From contig CAWJBB010000073.1 in assembly GCA_963840855.1 (NCBI GenBank), positions 1 to 60,817 on the forward strand: a stretch of 60,817 nucleotides of DNA, written 5' to 3'. The DNA comes from an uncultured delta proteobacterium (GTDB taxonomy: Bacteria > Desulfobacterota > Binatia > UBA9968). A program made the translations under genes and the position numbers. This document shows, in pieces, positions 31,027 through 42,413 of this stretch (the stretch's first letter is position 1; each line of letters opens with the position of its first letter). The notes beneath the pieces are model-generated. The model was not told the DNA's origin. It searched no databases and saw nothing but the letters and a program-made list of their open reading frames with translations.

Positions 31027-33672
31027 CAGTCCACGCTCGATGACTTCGCAGGCTCTCGATCCCCCGGTCATCGACGATCTTCACGGCGACGCGCTTGTGC
31101 TTGCCCGGCTGCGAAGGGCAGCGACACCGTCCCGCGGTAGGCTTCGATCAGCTCTTCGTCGATCTCGGCTTTCAGGTTCTTCGCCAGCCGCGCCCAGCCG
31201 TCCTTCTCGCCGGCCATCGGGAAGAACACCTGCCGCGGGAAGAGGCTGCGGCCGTCGTAGTCGGTGTCGAGCATCCACATGGCGATCTTCTCGTTGCCGC
31301 CCGATTCGATCGTGCCGGTCTTGGTGTTGTAGTAGTCGAAGCCCATCGACCTCGACCTGGTACTTGCCCTTGTCCTCGCCGTCCTTGATCTTCTTGAGCA
31401 TCGACATCGGGCTGGCCGATGAGCCAGAAGCTCTCGTTGCTCGCGCGCTTCTTCTTCAGATCTTCCGTCGAGCAGATCGGCGTTCATCTGCGCCTTGAGC
31501 AGCGTCACGCCCGGCCAGTCGGTTTCGTCGATGTCCTTCGCCGCCTCGGGATCGAACTGGAACGCGGCGAAGACGATGATCTTCGGCTTGGGCACCAGCG
31601 TCTGCGCTTCTTCGATCGCCAGCTCGACTTGCCGCTGCTCCAGCGGCGCATGCTCAGGGCCGAACGAGATCACGACGCGTTGCGGCTTGCCGAGATCCTT
31701 CCGGGTCTTTTACTCGATCGCGCCTTTGTCATTCGGCTTCGTCTCGGCTTCGGCATGCAGCCAGCGCGTGCCGGGCAGCGGCTCGACGCGGGAGAAATCG
31801 AATGCATCTGCCCACCCTTGCCGCGGATGCCGGTCTTCAGAAGCTCGTCGCGCCACTCAGCTTGCCGCAAGAGTCTCACCGCGACCGGGCGACCGATTCA
31901 TCCCGCCGGCTGTGTCGTCTCTTGATCTCGACCGAGCGACTTCACCATCGGCGCCGGCACGGCCTCGACGGTGAACGGACCGGTGACGCGCTGCCCCTTG
32001 CGAGTTGTCTGATTCGAGTGGCTATGGATCGTAGAGGATCTTCCTAATCTCCGGCGGTCTCGTTGTTGGCGATGGACTCTTGAGAGTGACATGAGGTACC
32101 GTCTTGTACATCGAAGCCGCTGCCGACGCCTTCGTCTAGGATGGGCAAGCTCGTAGTACTCGAACACGCGCTGTCATTAACCGCTGCTTGGCAAGAGTGA
32201 TGGCGACGCGAGAGGTATCGCAGGTGATCCATCGTCGGCCCCATTGCTCAGCGACGTAGGCTGTCGTGCCGGATCCGCAGGTTGGATCAAGAACAAGATC
32301 GCCGGGATCGGTGGTCATGAGCAGGCAGCGCTGAGATGACTTTTGTGCACAGTTTGAACGACGTAGACTGCTGTTCTAAAAAGCTTCGCCGTGCCGGTAT
32401 CGTCCAAAGTTATTATCAGCGTGAAGCACGGGAAAATCATCGAAATAAGAGACACGTAACGTAGTGTTACCCACCGCATGATACGCCCAGTTGGCTAGGC
32501 GATCGAGATCGTTTCAAGACAACCGTCGAGTGTCTTCCAATCTCCCTGGCGGCGGCCTGATACTTCTTTCCTTCGAACTCGAAACGGAAAGATCTTTCGG
32601 TGTGAGACGCTGCGCCTGCGAAGTCATAAGCCGTTGAAATACGTTCGATGCCGGCGGCAGAATCGATCGGTCGCTCGTTTCGTCGGCTGTCATGCCGTCG
32701 TACGTTACCATCTGGTAATTCGACACAGTATCGTAGTGCCGTCTAGACCGCTCGAGTTCCTTTCGTCGTATGAAAAGCTGACGGTATCTTTACGTGCTTC
32801 TCTATCTTTTGCATACCAAACAGATATAGTCGCAACACCGTCGAGAAGTTTGCCAGCGTCTAGCCCTCGTCGTTTTCTTGAATGTGAATCATGTTCGACA
32901 AAATTAGTCGCGCCCGAAAACTTCATCCATCAAATCTCGTACAGTGATGGACGTTCTCGTCACTGATCTGCACGAAGCATCGAACCCACTCTCGTGCAGC
33001 AAGTCCCGCGCCAGAAGCAGCCGATCTCGAAGATAAGTTAGGTACGAGTGAATCCCCAGCTCCCACGTGTCGCGAAAAGCTTTGATCATCTCCGGTTCTT
33101 GCGTAAGATCCTCGTCCTTGCCGTCCTTCACGTCGCGCTTGTTGACGAACGGCTGAAAGTTCGAGCCGTAGCGGATGCCGTACGGTGGGTCGATGTAGAT
33201 CATCTGCACCTGGCCGGCCATGCCTTCCTTTTCGAGGAGCGAGTTCATCACGAGCAGACGAGTCGCCGGCGATGAGGCGGTTGCGACCAGTTGTGCGCGT
33301 GCTTGTAGAAGTCGATGGCTTCGCGCAGCGGCGGGTTCTCCTCCGGGCTGCTGAAAGAGCGACATCTGCTCGATCGCTTGCGCCGTTCTGCTTGCGGACG
33401 GCCTCGATGATCGTGCGCGGGTCGATGCGCTCGTGGACGTGGAGCGAGACCGTCGGCACCTCGAATGCTCGTGCGCTCCGCCTTGCCGGCCCAGACCAAG
33501 CTGCGGGTCAAGGTGCGGATCGTAGGCGTAGGTCTTCTTGCCCGCTCTCCGGATCGGTCGCCGGCGTCACCAGCCCGACGGGCGGATTGTTCACCCGCTT
33601 CTTGCCCTTGTGATCGTACTGCTCGATAGGCTTCTTCTTAGAATAGTTAGAGAGCTTCTTAGATTTAGATAT
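31026..33672 (-). CDS. Type III-like adenine DNA methyltransferase (Mod), multiply frameshifted
   Basis: [47 protein letters not shown]; TGATG overlap with res. Start approximate. Confidence 0.85.
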
Positions 33673-33699
33673 CTATTTTCTAATAGATGAAGAGATAAG

Positions 33700-34897
33700 G
33701 CTATTTAAAAGAAGAATGTGAAAGATTTTAAAAGACAAGATGAAGAGATTACAGAACTATGAGAGTACTTTAGATATATAGGGAGAGGAGTTTTTAGACA
33801 GGGAGAGCTATCTTTGTATTGAGGGGAGAACTTTGTAGGGAAGTACTTAGAGGGAGTACAGAGCTAGGGAGTAGTCTTTTTGTGAAAAGAGTATAAACAA
33901 AAAGGGTGGATTTTATAAGGGTAGGCTACAATGTTAAAGAGAGTAGTTCAAATAGAGATGCATTTGCTCTGCAACGGCATGGGTAAACTTGCTGATTTAC
34001 AAATCCACGATGACGAGACAGCGCAAACGGCGGTGAAAGAAGCGCAGATAGACTCGATACACTCGCCGCCAACGCGCAGCTGTTTTTGCCGGCTGATGAA
34101 CGCAAAGTCTCCGCCAATCCAATAAGAAATGTTGTAGATGGCGGATAAGCTCTTCTAAAAGATCGCTCTCGGAGTACTAATCTATAAGATAAAGGAATTA
34201 AAGCAAAAAGGGATCTATGATAGCTTCTAAGGCGGTGACTGAGAAATAGGTAGTTGACTTAGAGGATTTAGAGAGCATATTCGCCTTGTTTTTGGAAAGC
34301 GCTATGCGCTCATAGTAAAGGGACTCGATTTGCCGGTAGAGCTGCCTGACGCTCCAGACTCCGCGCCGCGCTTCTTGGTGGTAAAAATGCATGGCTTCGG
34401 GAGAGCGGGAGCGCCGGACTATATGAACGTAATGTGACCAGGACAACGGGAGAACCTCAGCAATCACACCCGGGTCGAATATCCGAGACGTTGTCTCGGA
34501 TTTTTGTGATAGTGAATGACGACGAGATCCCGGAGATTTCCGAGACAGTGTCTCGGAAATCTGAGGCCGGAGGAAATGCCAGATAGAATAGGCGCATCGA
34601 TACAAGGTTGTCACGCGAAAAGCCCCGGCCAAGCCGTTCTGACAAATCTTCCGATAGTTTAGAAAGCAGCATGGCGCCGTAGATCGCTCGCTCACGTACT
34701 CCTTGTTCAAACTCAACGATGCGCCGGCTGATTTGCCAATAGGTTGCCGTCATCAGGGCATTGACCGACCGAGCGGCGGAATGGCGGGCGGTCTCTACCA
34801 GCGAGCGAATAGTGCGGATAAGAGAGTCGTAATTGGAAGTAACCAAGTCGATCGGCTTCTTCTTTGCGCTACTCGCGACTTTCTTCGCCTTCGCCAT
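33700..34897 (-). pseudogene. YhcG/DUF1016 PD-(D/E)XK nuclease-like gene; 3' half corrupted
   Basis: ARSVN..MT.TYW.I, G.GFS..NL..MR.FY, LSWSHY, WSVRQL..QI, LRCLVIVDL...FTH...QMHLYLNY. The 3' end is approximate. Confidence 0.75.
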
Positions 34898-35040
34898 TAA
34901 GTTAAATCATGGGAATCGAAAAACGACTCGACGCCGAAATCTCGCCGATCTTAAGCGAAAGAGCTGGAACAGAGCAAGCATCAAAGTAACGGACGGGAGA
35001 TCTAGTCGCTAACTTCTGACGCAACTGGGCGGCAAGGTAG

Positions 35041-35271
35041 CTAAAGTTCGTTGAACTCTTCTGGGGATAAGCCGGCTTGTTCGATAACAATGGCTCTTAA
35101 TGTCCCAAGCGGGATATCGCGATTGGTATGGACATGCACTGAGGTGAACCTGCCTGTTCGGGGATTTTTCAGATAGTAAGCGCTTCCTTTGATTCGCACT
35201 ATCTCAAAACCGGCTTTCCTGAGATTTCGGAGAACCTCTCTGCCTTTGAGTGGCCGCAATGGCGCAGCCAT
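35041..35271 (-). CDS. hicA: HicA-family toxin
   Basis: L...GF...R.KGS, VH.H..RDIP.GTL..I..QAGL. Confidence 0.85.
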   Translation of the reverse strand: MAAPLRPLKGREVLRNLRKAGFEIVRIKGSAYYLKNPRTGRFTSVHVHTNRDIPLGTLRAIVIEQAGLSPEEFNEL

Positions 35272-35273
35272 CG

Positions 35274-35550
35274 TTATTTTTTAGCTCTTTTAGCCTTTGG
35301 CCTTGTCTTTAGGTTCAATGACAACGACAGAAAGACGCCTCCCTTCTCGGTCGTATCGCTGGGCGGGACTTCTTTCCCTTCATTCAGGAGAACCTCGATC
35401 AGGCCGGATGCGAATTCTCTAAGGTTGCTCAGAGCTTTTTCTGCTGTGTCACCAAAGTCGGCAGTATGATTCAACGTAGGCAACTTGGCGGTGATTTGTT
35501 TAGTTGTCAGAGTCAGTTTCAAACTCCACGCGGTAAGTACGCTGCAACAT
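35274..35550 (-). CDS. hicB: HicB-family antitoxin (frameshift near 35500)
   Basis: MLQRTYRVEFE, then A.LP.L....FGDT.E.AL.NLRE; directly upstream of hicA. Confidence 0.75.
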
Positions 35551-35818
35551 AATGCAAGATTATCCATCGAGCTACCGTATGTCAATCTTGCAAGAACACG
35601 AGTGCGCTTTCAGCAGATGATGTCGGATCAACAAGATTCAGCGGATTCTCTGCAATGTGACACGCACAGAGCGAGCCGGGAAACGTTCTCGCAGTGCGGC
35701 GTGAGGTATACAAAGGATGGGTTCCGAGAAAGGATGGCGGCAGAACATGAATTGCAGCGCCGGTTTTCTTTTCCGAAGATGGAACATCTGATAGGGTCCC
35801 GTTAAAAGCTTTCCCGGC

Positions 35819-37025
35819 ATGGCAAAAACCGAAGCGATACGCGATCAGGCGATGCCGCTTGATCCCACGGTGCGGGCGTTGGGAGTGGTTTCACTGCTCA
35901 ACGATTTCTCAAGTGAAGTTGCCGTCCGTACCCTGCCCCTTTTCCTGGCCAATGTTTTGGGCGTGAAGATCGGGATCATCGGGCTCATCGAAGGGATCGC
36001 TGAAAGCACGGCGACGCTTCTCAAGCTCCTCTCGGGATACCTTGCAGATCGCTCCGGCCGAAAAAAAGCCCTGGCCTTGTGGGGCTATGGTTTTTCCAAT
36101 CTTACCAAGCCGCTTCTTTACTTTGCTACGTCCTGGGGCTTGGTGCTTGCGGTGCGTTTCTTGGACCGGGTCGGCAAAGGCATCCGCACGGCGCCGCGCG
36201 ACGCTCTGATCGCCGATATCACGCCGCCTGAGCTACGAGGCCGCGCATTCGGCTTTAACAAAGCGATGGATAAGGCCGGCGGCTTTCTTGGCCTCATAGT
36301 GGCTGCCGGCGTGCTTTACTCAACTCAGCAAGACACGATCACGCTCACCCGCGAGAGTTACGAGTGGCTGGTGCTGCTCGCCGTGTTGCCTGGTTTTGCG
36401 GCCGTTGGCGTAATGGCGTGGTGGGTGGAGGAACGGCCCAAAGCTCCCGTGAAAAGCTCTCCTGGTTTTAATCTGGTCCGAGATGAACGGCCGGTTCTGG
36501 GCTTTCATCGCCGTCCTGACTCTCTTCATGCTCGGCAACTCCAGCGATGCCTTTCTCATGCTCCGAGCCCAAACCGTGGGGTTCTCCACGGTTGAAATAT
36601 TTCTGGTCGTCGCCGCGTTCAGTCTTGTGGTCGCTCTTACCTCGACAAAAGGGGGAACGCTCTCCGATACTTTCGGCAGGCGTGGGTTAATAATCGCGGG
36701 CTGGCTGATCTACGCCCTCATCTATTTCGGCTTTGCCTTTGCGTCGGCCCGTTGGCACATATGGATTCTCTATGCGGGATACGGCCTTTACTATGGGGCT
36801 TTTTTGGGAGCGTCCAGCGCGTTGGTAGCAGATTTGGTCTCCGAGCCCCTTCGTGGTACGGCCTATGGTATTTTCAACGCGGCCATGGGCGTAGCGGCAT
36901 TTCCGGCGAGCCTTCTCGCAGGACTGCTCTGGGACTGGTACGGCCCCTCGGCACCATTCCTCTTCGGAGCCGCGCTCGCAGTTCTGGCGACAATCGGTTT
37001 GCTCATGATTCCACTACGGCGGTGA
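35819..37025 (+). CDS. MFS transporter (frameshift near 36470)
   Basis: G.LADRSGRKK, DRVGKGIRTAPRDALIAD, GNSSDAFL, LSD.FGRR. Confidence 0.88.
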
Positions 37026-37274
37026 TGCGCTGCGCTCGGCACCGTCAGATTCAAATCTTTCAATCGCTCCGCTCCGTTCAAAACGTTAATTAATCGATTC
37101 TTTTCGCTCGCGCATAAACAAGGGTTACTGATCCATCAGGTACGCTTAGCAAGGTGCCGTTGTTTCATAAAGGAGCGTTGAATTCTTTCCATCGGTTTTG
37201 AAGCCGGCAGCCCCGCCGGAACGGAAAAAGTTCACTGACGATTATTTTCCGCGCTGCTTAGAAATTAATCGCCA

Positions 37275-37291
37275 CGCCTAATCGCTAGGCA
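37275..37291. promoter_or_regulatory. Putative NtrC-like enhancer site
   Basis: CGCCTA-N5-TAGGCA palindrome about 100 bp upstream of the sigma-54 promoter. Confidence 0.45.
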
Positions 37292-37358
37292 GAAACGCTT
37301 TCATCCTCGCCCTCAGCCGCCTCCGGCGGCTGCGAAGAATTCCAAATAAATTCACTAA

Positions 37359-37811
<453 letters not shown>

Positions 37812-37843
37812 AGAGGAAGGCTGAAACAAGGAGGAATTTTACA

Positions 37844-39454
37844 ATGAAGATCGCTAAGAAGCTTACCCATTTTCTGTGTGTATCGCTTGCGCTGCTATGG
37901 CTCGTTGGCTCAGGCAGCTCCTTTGCCCAGGAAGCTCCGGCTCCCGGGGCGGCGGAGCCGGCCAAAGTTGAAGCACCGGCTGCGGCGCCAGGTGCGCCCG
38001 CAGCGGAGGCGAAGAAGGAAGATCCCGGCGCGGCTCCGGCGCAGTTTACCCAGGGGCTATTGGAGCAAATCGGCGGGGCCAAGGTGGCGGCCGATACGAT
38101 GTGGACGCTGATCGCTGCGATGCTGGTGTTTTTCATGAATCTGGGTTTCGCTTCAGTCGAATCGGGTCTGTGCCGGGCCAAGAATACAGCGACTATTCTC
38201 GCCAAGAACTTTATCGTATTCGCGGCTTCTTCCATTGCATTTTTGGTTCTCGGTTGGGGCCTGATGTTTGGCGATGGCAATCCGTTTTTTGGCACCGAAG
38301 GGCTTTGGTTCGTGGGCGGTGCGGATAACAGCCCCGCGATGGGTGATGCGTATAAGGGCGTCTATTCATCGATCAATTGGACCGGAGTTCCGCTGTGGAC
38401 CAAATTCTTTTTCCAGCTTGTGTTCGCCGGCACCGCGGCAACGATTATCTCCGGAGCGGTCGCTGAAAGAATCAAGTTCGGCGCCTTCTACATTTTTACA
38501 TTTCTAATGGTTGGAATTATTTACCCGATTACCGGCCACTGGATCTGGGGTGGAGGTTGGGCGGCAAAGCTCGGCATGTTCGATTTCGCCGGCTCCACGG
38601 TTGTGCATTCGGTTGGTGGTTGGGCTGCTCTGGCTGGAATAATCGTGTTGGGTCCGCGCATCGGCAAGTACAGCAAAGACGGCAAGGTTCTACCAATCCC
38701 GGGTCATAGCATGACCTCGGCTACTCTTGGCGTCTTTGTGCTCTGGTTCGGCTGGTTTGGGTTCAACCCCGGAAGCACAATGGCTGCGGACGCTGCGGCT
38801 ATAGGCCGCATCGCGGTGGCGACCAACACTGCCGCGGCGGCCGCGGCGATCTCGGCATCTATTACCGCATGGTTGCTCTTGGGCAAGCCCGATCTCTCCA
38901 TGATGCTCAACGGCGCTTTAGCAGGCCTGGTGGCGATCACGGCGCCTTGCGCATTCGTGAGTATCGAGAGTTCGCTCATGATCGGGCTCATAGCGGGGTT
39001 TCTGGTTGTCGTTTCCGTGCTTTTCTTTGACAAGGTCAAGATTGACGATCCGGTGGGAGCAACCTCGGTGCACTTGGTCAATGGAGTGTTTGGGACGATC
39101 TGCGTGGGGTTATTCGCGCAGGATCAGTTTACGCCGAACACGACCGGCAATGGCCTGTTTTTCGGCGGGGGCCCGGGTCTTTTCATAAAACAGTTGGTGG
39201 GAGTGCTCGGCGTTGGCGCCTTCGTGTTCGTGATCTCTCTGATCTTCTGGAAGATCATCGATGCTACGCTGGGAGTGCGCGTGTCGGCGGAAGAGGAGAT
39301 CGAAGGTCTCGATATCGGCGAGCACGGCGCGGTCGCTTACCCTGATTTCGTGACGGTAACGACTAGAGGAGGGACTCTCGTCGGCGGAGACAGAATGGCC
39401 GAAGCCGCAGCGGGAGCTCGCGCACCCGAGCTATCCAAGGGTACGATCTCTTAA
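37844..39454 (+). CDS. amtB: Ammonium transporter
   Basis: FQLVFA, DFAGSTVVH, LWFGWFGFNPGS, IDDPVGA.SVH. Confidence 0.96.
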   Translation: MKIAKKLTHFLCVSLALLWLVGSGSSFAQEAPAPGAAEPAKVEAPAAAPGAPAAEAKKEDPGAAPAQFTQGLLEQIGGAKVAADTMWTLIAAMLVFFMNLGFASVESGLCRAKNTATILAKNFIVFAASSIAFLVLGWGLMFGDGNPFFGTEGLWFVGGADNSPAMGDAYKGVYSSINWTGVPLWTKFFFQLVFAGTAATIISGAVAERIKFGAFYIFTFLMVGIIYPITGHWIWGGGWAAKLGMFDFAGSTVVHSVGGWAALAGIIVLGPRIGKYSKDGKVLPIPGHSMTSATLGVFVLWFGWFGFNPGSTMAADAAAIGRIAVATNTAAAAAAISASITAWLLLGKPDLSMMLNGALAGLVAITAPCAFVSIESSLMIGLIAGFLVVVSVLFFDKVKIDDPVGATSVHLVNGVFGTICVGLFAQDQFTPNTTGNGLFFGGGPGLFIKQLVGVLGVGAFVFVISLIFWKIIDATLGVRVSAEEEIEGLDIGEHGAVAYPDFVTVTTRGGTLVGGDRMAEAAAGARAPELSKGTIS

Positions 39455-39494
39455 GTCTCCAATGTTTCCGATCGTGACTGCACTGATCGATTTG

Positions 39495-39539
39495 CCCTCA
39501 CCCCTTGTCACCCTGTTAGGGTGAGCGAAGGGGTGAGGG
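39495..39539. repeat. CCCTCACCC-type palindromic hairpin (REP-like or terminator)
   Basis: CCCTCACCCCTT-g-TCACCCT-gtt-AGGGTGA-gcg-AAGGGGTGAGGG. Confidence 0.6.
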
Positions 39540-39551
39540 TCGAGGGGTTCA

Positions 39552-40298
39552 ATGGAAGAGGTCTTGGTATTCCAACATGACCCCTTCGAGGACCTGGGAT
39601 TCTTCGCGGAGGTATTGGATCGAGAACGAGCAACGTATCGCATCATTCGTTTATTTCATGGGGAAATACCCGCTGAGGATTGGAAGCATGTCGCCGCTCT
39701 CATCGTCCTCGGCGGCCCCATGGCTGCCGAGGACGAGGAAAAATTCCCATTTCTTCGCTGGGAAAAAAGAATCATTCGCGCCGCCATCGACGAATCCGTC
39801 CCAATCCTGGGGATCTGCGCAGGCGCCCAACTGATCGCGGCTACTCTGGGCGCGCGAATTTATCATGGACCGGTCAAGGAGATCGGCTGGAGTCCGATTT
39901 CGATCACGCCGCACGGCCAGGTAGATTCTTTACTCGGTTATCTGCCGGAAAACGCCACCGTGTTTCAATGGCATGGCGATGGTTTTGATCTGCCCGCGGA
40001 AGCGCATTGCCTTGCTTCTTCGACCCATTACAAAACCCAGGCGTTTCGCCTGGGCAAGACCATCTACGGTCTACAGTTTCACCTGGAAGTGACGCCGCGC
40101 ATGATCGAGCGTTGGGTTGTTGAACGATCCAAGGACCTTGCGTCGGCCCCCTATGTCTTCCCGGAAAAGATTTTTGTCGATACGAAAAACTACGCCCCGA
40201 TTTCAAAATACTACGGAGAAAGATTTCTTTCCGAGTTCATCCGGCGCATCAACCGCAGGAAGACCCGCGGGCGTGCTGCGCGGCAGGCGCAAACGTGA
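39552..40298 (+). CDS. Class I glutamine amidotransferase-like protein
   Basis: LGGPM, LGICAGAQ, QWHGD, QFHLE triad intact. Confidence 0.9.
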   Translation: MEEVLVFQHDPFEDLGFFAEVLDRERATYRIIRLFHGEIPAEDWKHVAALIVLGGPMAAEDEEKFPFLRWEKRIIRAAIDESVPILGICAGAQLIAATLGARIYHGPVKEIGWSPISITPHGQVDSLLGYLPENATVFQWHGDGFDLPAEAHCLASSTHYKTQAFRLGKTIYGLQFHLEVTPRMIERWVVERSKDLASAPYVFPEKIFVDTKNYAPISKYYGERFLSEFIRRINRRKTRGRAARQAQT

Positions 40299-40882
40299 GA
40301 CGGGTACTGGTCATCGACGACCACGAGCCCTCGCGCGTGCGCTTGAGTACGATTTTGCGGGAATCCGAATACGAAGTTGTCGGCGAGGGGGCGACGGGCA
40401 AGAGCGCCGTCGTCTTCGCCCATACGAAAAATCCTGACGTCATCTTGATGGCCGTGGGTTTGCCCGATATCGACGGTATCCAGGCGGCCGAAGAAATCAT
40501 CCAGTCCAAACCCCTGCCCATCGTTCTGATCACCAGCCACTACGATACCGAGACCATCGAGCGCGCGAAGGGCGCCGGCGTGATGGGTTATCTCGTCAAA
40601 CCGTTGAGAGCCGAAGAGTTGCGTCCGACTATAGAGCTGGCGCTGTCGCGCTTTCAACAATTCGCTTCGCTTCAGGACGAAAACTCGACATTAAAAGAAA
40701 CCCTGGAAGCGCGAAAGATTATCGAGCGCGCCAAGGGTTTGTTGATGGAACAACGAAAGTTGTCCGAGGAACAGGCCTATTCACTGATCAAAAAGGCGAG
40801 CATGAACATGCGCAAGCCGATGGCGGACGTGGCGCAGGCGATTCTTTTGGCCGGCGGCCTGCTGGCCGGCGACAAGAGATAA
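40295..40882 (+). CDS. REC-ANTAR antitermination regulator (AmiR/NasT-like); phosphoacceptor Asp replaced by Ala
   Basis: VIDDH, ILMAVGL, YLVKP; LE.RK.IERAKG.LM...AY..I...SM. Confidence 0.92.
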   Translation: MRRVLVIDDHEPSRVRLSTILRESEYEVVGEGATGKSAVVFAHTKNPDVILMAVGLPDIDGIQAAEEIIQSKPLPIVLITSHYDTETIERAKGAGVMGYLVKPLRAEELRPTIELALSRFQQFASLQDENSTLKETLEARKIIERAKGLLMEQRKLSEEQAYSLIKKASMNMRKPMADVAQAILLAGGLLAGDKR

Positions 40883-41002
40883 TTCTCCGCTTCGCCATAA
40901 CATGTGCCGCGAGATTGAGCAGCGCATGGCTTATAAACAGGCGGCGCAACGGAAATCAATTAACAGACTGCCATGATATCAAGGCCTTTCACGCAAAATT
41001 TC

Positions 41003-41019
41003 TTGGCATGAGGGTTGCT
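41003..41019 (+). promoter_or_regulatory. Sigma-54 promoter
   Basis: TTGGCAT-gaggg-TTGCT. Confidence 0.8.
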
Positions 41020-41032
41020 GTTCTTTCTCTGT

Positions 41033-41102
41033 GAGGGCGACGCTGCCCTCGGTTGAGCAAAGGCGCTCATCGGTTATCCGGTAGAGCGCCTTTTCTTTTT
41101 TT
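41033..41102 (+). ncRNA. ANTAR-target dual-hairpin RNA overlapping an intrinsic terminator
   Basis: GAGGGC-GACGCT-GCCCTC, TGAGC-AAAGGC-GCTCA, then terminator AAGGCGCTC...GAGCGCCTT-TTCTTTTTTT sharing hairpin 2. Confidence 0.85.
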
Positions 41103-41140
41103 GAGAGACCCAAAAGCCCGCTCATGGAAAGGAGCCGCCT

Positions 41141-41341
41141 ATGACCATTGTTCGGGATAGATCGAGCGCGTCGAAGATTTTTGAGAACATTATTTTTCTG
41201 GCCGAGGTCTTCGGCGACAAGGCCGACGAAGATATTCCGAAAATTCCAGTCCTCGAGATGGCCCAATGTTTTGATTTGGTCCGTTCTCCATCGCACCACC
41301 GTTACCCACATCGCCGAAGGACATGGCCTTTATGGAAATAA
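41141..41341 (+). CDS. Small hypothetical protein, first ORF after the ANTAR leader
   Basis: AAGGAG RBS and ATG right after the terminator; the 3' end may be frameshifted. Confidence 0.45.
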   Translation: MTIVRDRSSASKIFENIIFLAEVFGDKADEDIPKIPVLEMAQCFDLVRSPSHHRYPHRRRTWPLWK

Positions 41342-41441
41342 ATATGACTGAACCCTCGCATCGCGGAAGTGTAGGAACTGGCGGCGGGGAAGTTATCAAA
41401 TCGCCGCCGGAGATCGGTAAAGTTTTGCTCGGGAGGTAACG

Positions 41442-41981
41442 ATGCAAAAAGTTGAAAAGATTTTGGTGCCCATCGATTTCTCCAATGAATCGGCCGCTGC
41501 CCTGCGTGACGCGGCGTCTCTCGTCCGCGAAACGAAGGCGAAACTTATCGCTTTGCACGTCATCGACGTGTGCGCGGAAAGCGATTTTCTATTGTCTTGT
41601 ATAGCCCCGGTGGAGGGTTTCCCATTGCAGTTAAAAGACTCGCGAAATTTTCCCATGGACGTTCTGCGGCGGGAAAGAAGCCTTGATTTGTGGAATTTCG
41701 TCGACAGGACGGTAGGTACCGCGAGCCACGACAGGATTACCAAACTCATTCGTATCGGTAGTCGGGTCAGGGAGATATCCGCGGTCATTCGCGAAGAACA
41801 TATCGATCTGCTGGTTCTGAAGCTGCGCAAGCGATTTATGTTTCCGGATCTGGCGGCGCTCAAAATTCTCAGGATTGCCAGGCGACTCTCCTGTCCGGTG
41901 TTGGTAGGTCCCCCGGTGGCGGGTGGTGGAAACGAGCCCAGGGCGCGTCGGTTTGAGCTCAAGATGGCGCCCAATGGATAG
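41442..41981 (+). CDS. Universal stress protein
   Basis: KILVPIDFS, LHV, DLLVL, CPVLV. Confidence 0.8.
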   Translation: MQKVEKILVPIDFSNESAAALRDAASLVRETKAKLIALHVIDVCAESDFLLSCIAPVEGFPLQLKDSRNFPMDVLRRERSLDLWNFVDRTVGTASHDRITKLIRIGSRVREISAVIREEHIDLLVLKLRKRFMFPDLAALKILRIARRLSCPVLVGPPVAGGGNEPRARRFELKMAPNG

Positions 41982-42047
41982 CTTCAACACTTGCCCAGCT
42001 TGTAGGCGGCATGCGCATCAAGTGTGGGCAGCGGAACTTGCCATCAA

Positions 42048-42180
42048 GGGAAAACTGCTCCCCACGCCGAGACGCAGGACTTGGCGCTGACCCCCGCGAT
42101 GACGGAAATCGACGGCGGGGCCGCCCCGGGTTTCAATGTCGCCGTCGGAGGGAAGATGGGGTCAGGCGGTTATCGCAAGG
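42048..42180 (+). pseudogene. Internal remnant of a ferredoxin-nitrite reductase (NirA-like) gene
   Basis: ENC/HAETQDLALTPA...GFNVAVGGKMGSGGYR with no flanking domains. Confidence 0.6.
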
Positions 42181-42313
42181 CGCATTTTGGCGCTGCACAA
42201 ATGATAATCACGGTGCCCATTTATTCAGCAATCAGTTTCGTAGCACCTTTAGAGTTCCAGAACAAGATATCAATGTTTACAGCTACTTGCATGTGATTGT
42301 AATTACTGTTTGC

Positions 42314-42330
42314 TTGGCACTTTGATTGCG
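42314..42330 (+). promoter_or_regulatory. Sigma-54 promoter of the porin gene
   Basis: TTGGCAC-tttga-TTGCG. Confidence 0.8.
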
Positions 42331-42413
42331 TTGTCTCGCGAGGGATCTTGATCTAGTGTCTTTGCCTAGGCAAAATCGATTATGACGACGGATAAGTTGG
42401 AGGAGGTTTCGAA

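Noticed and set aside
33636-34345. Diversity-generating retroelement variable region
   Set aside because: There is no reverse transcriptase or template repeat, and the bias affects G/C rather than A.
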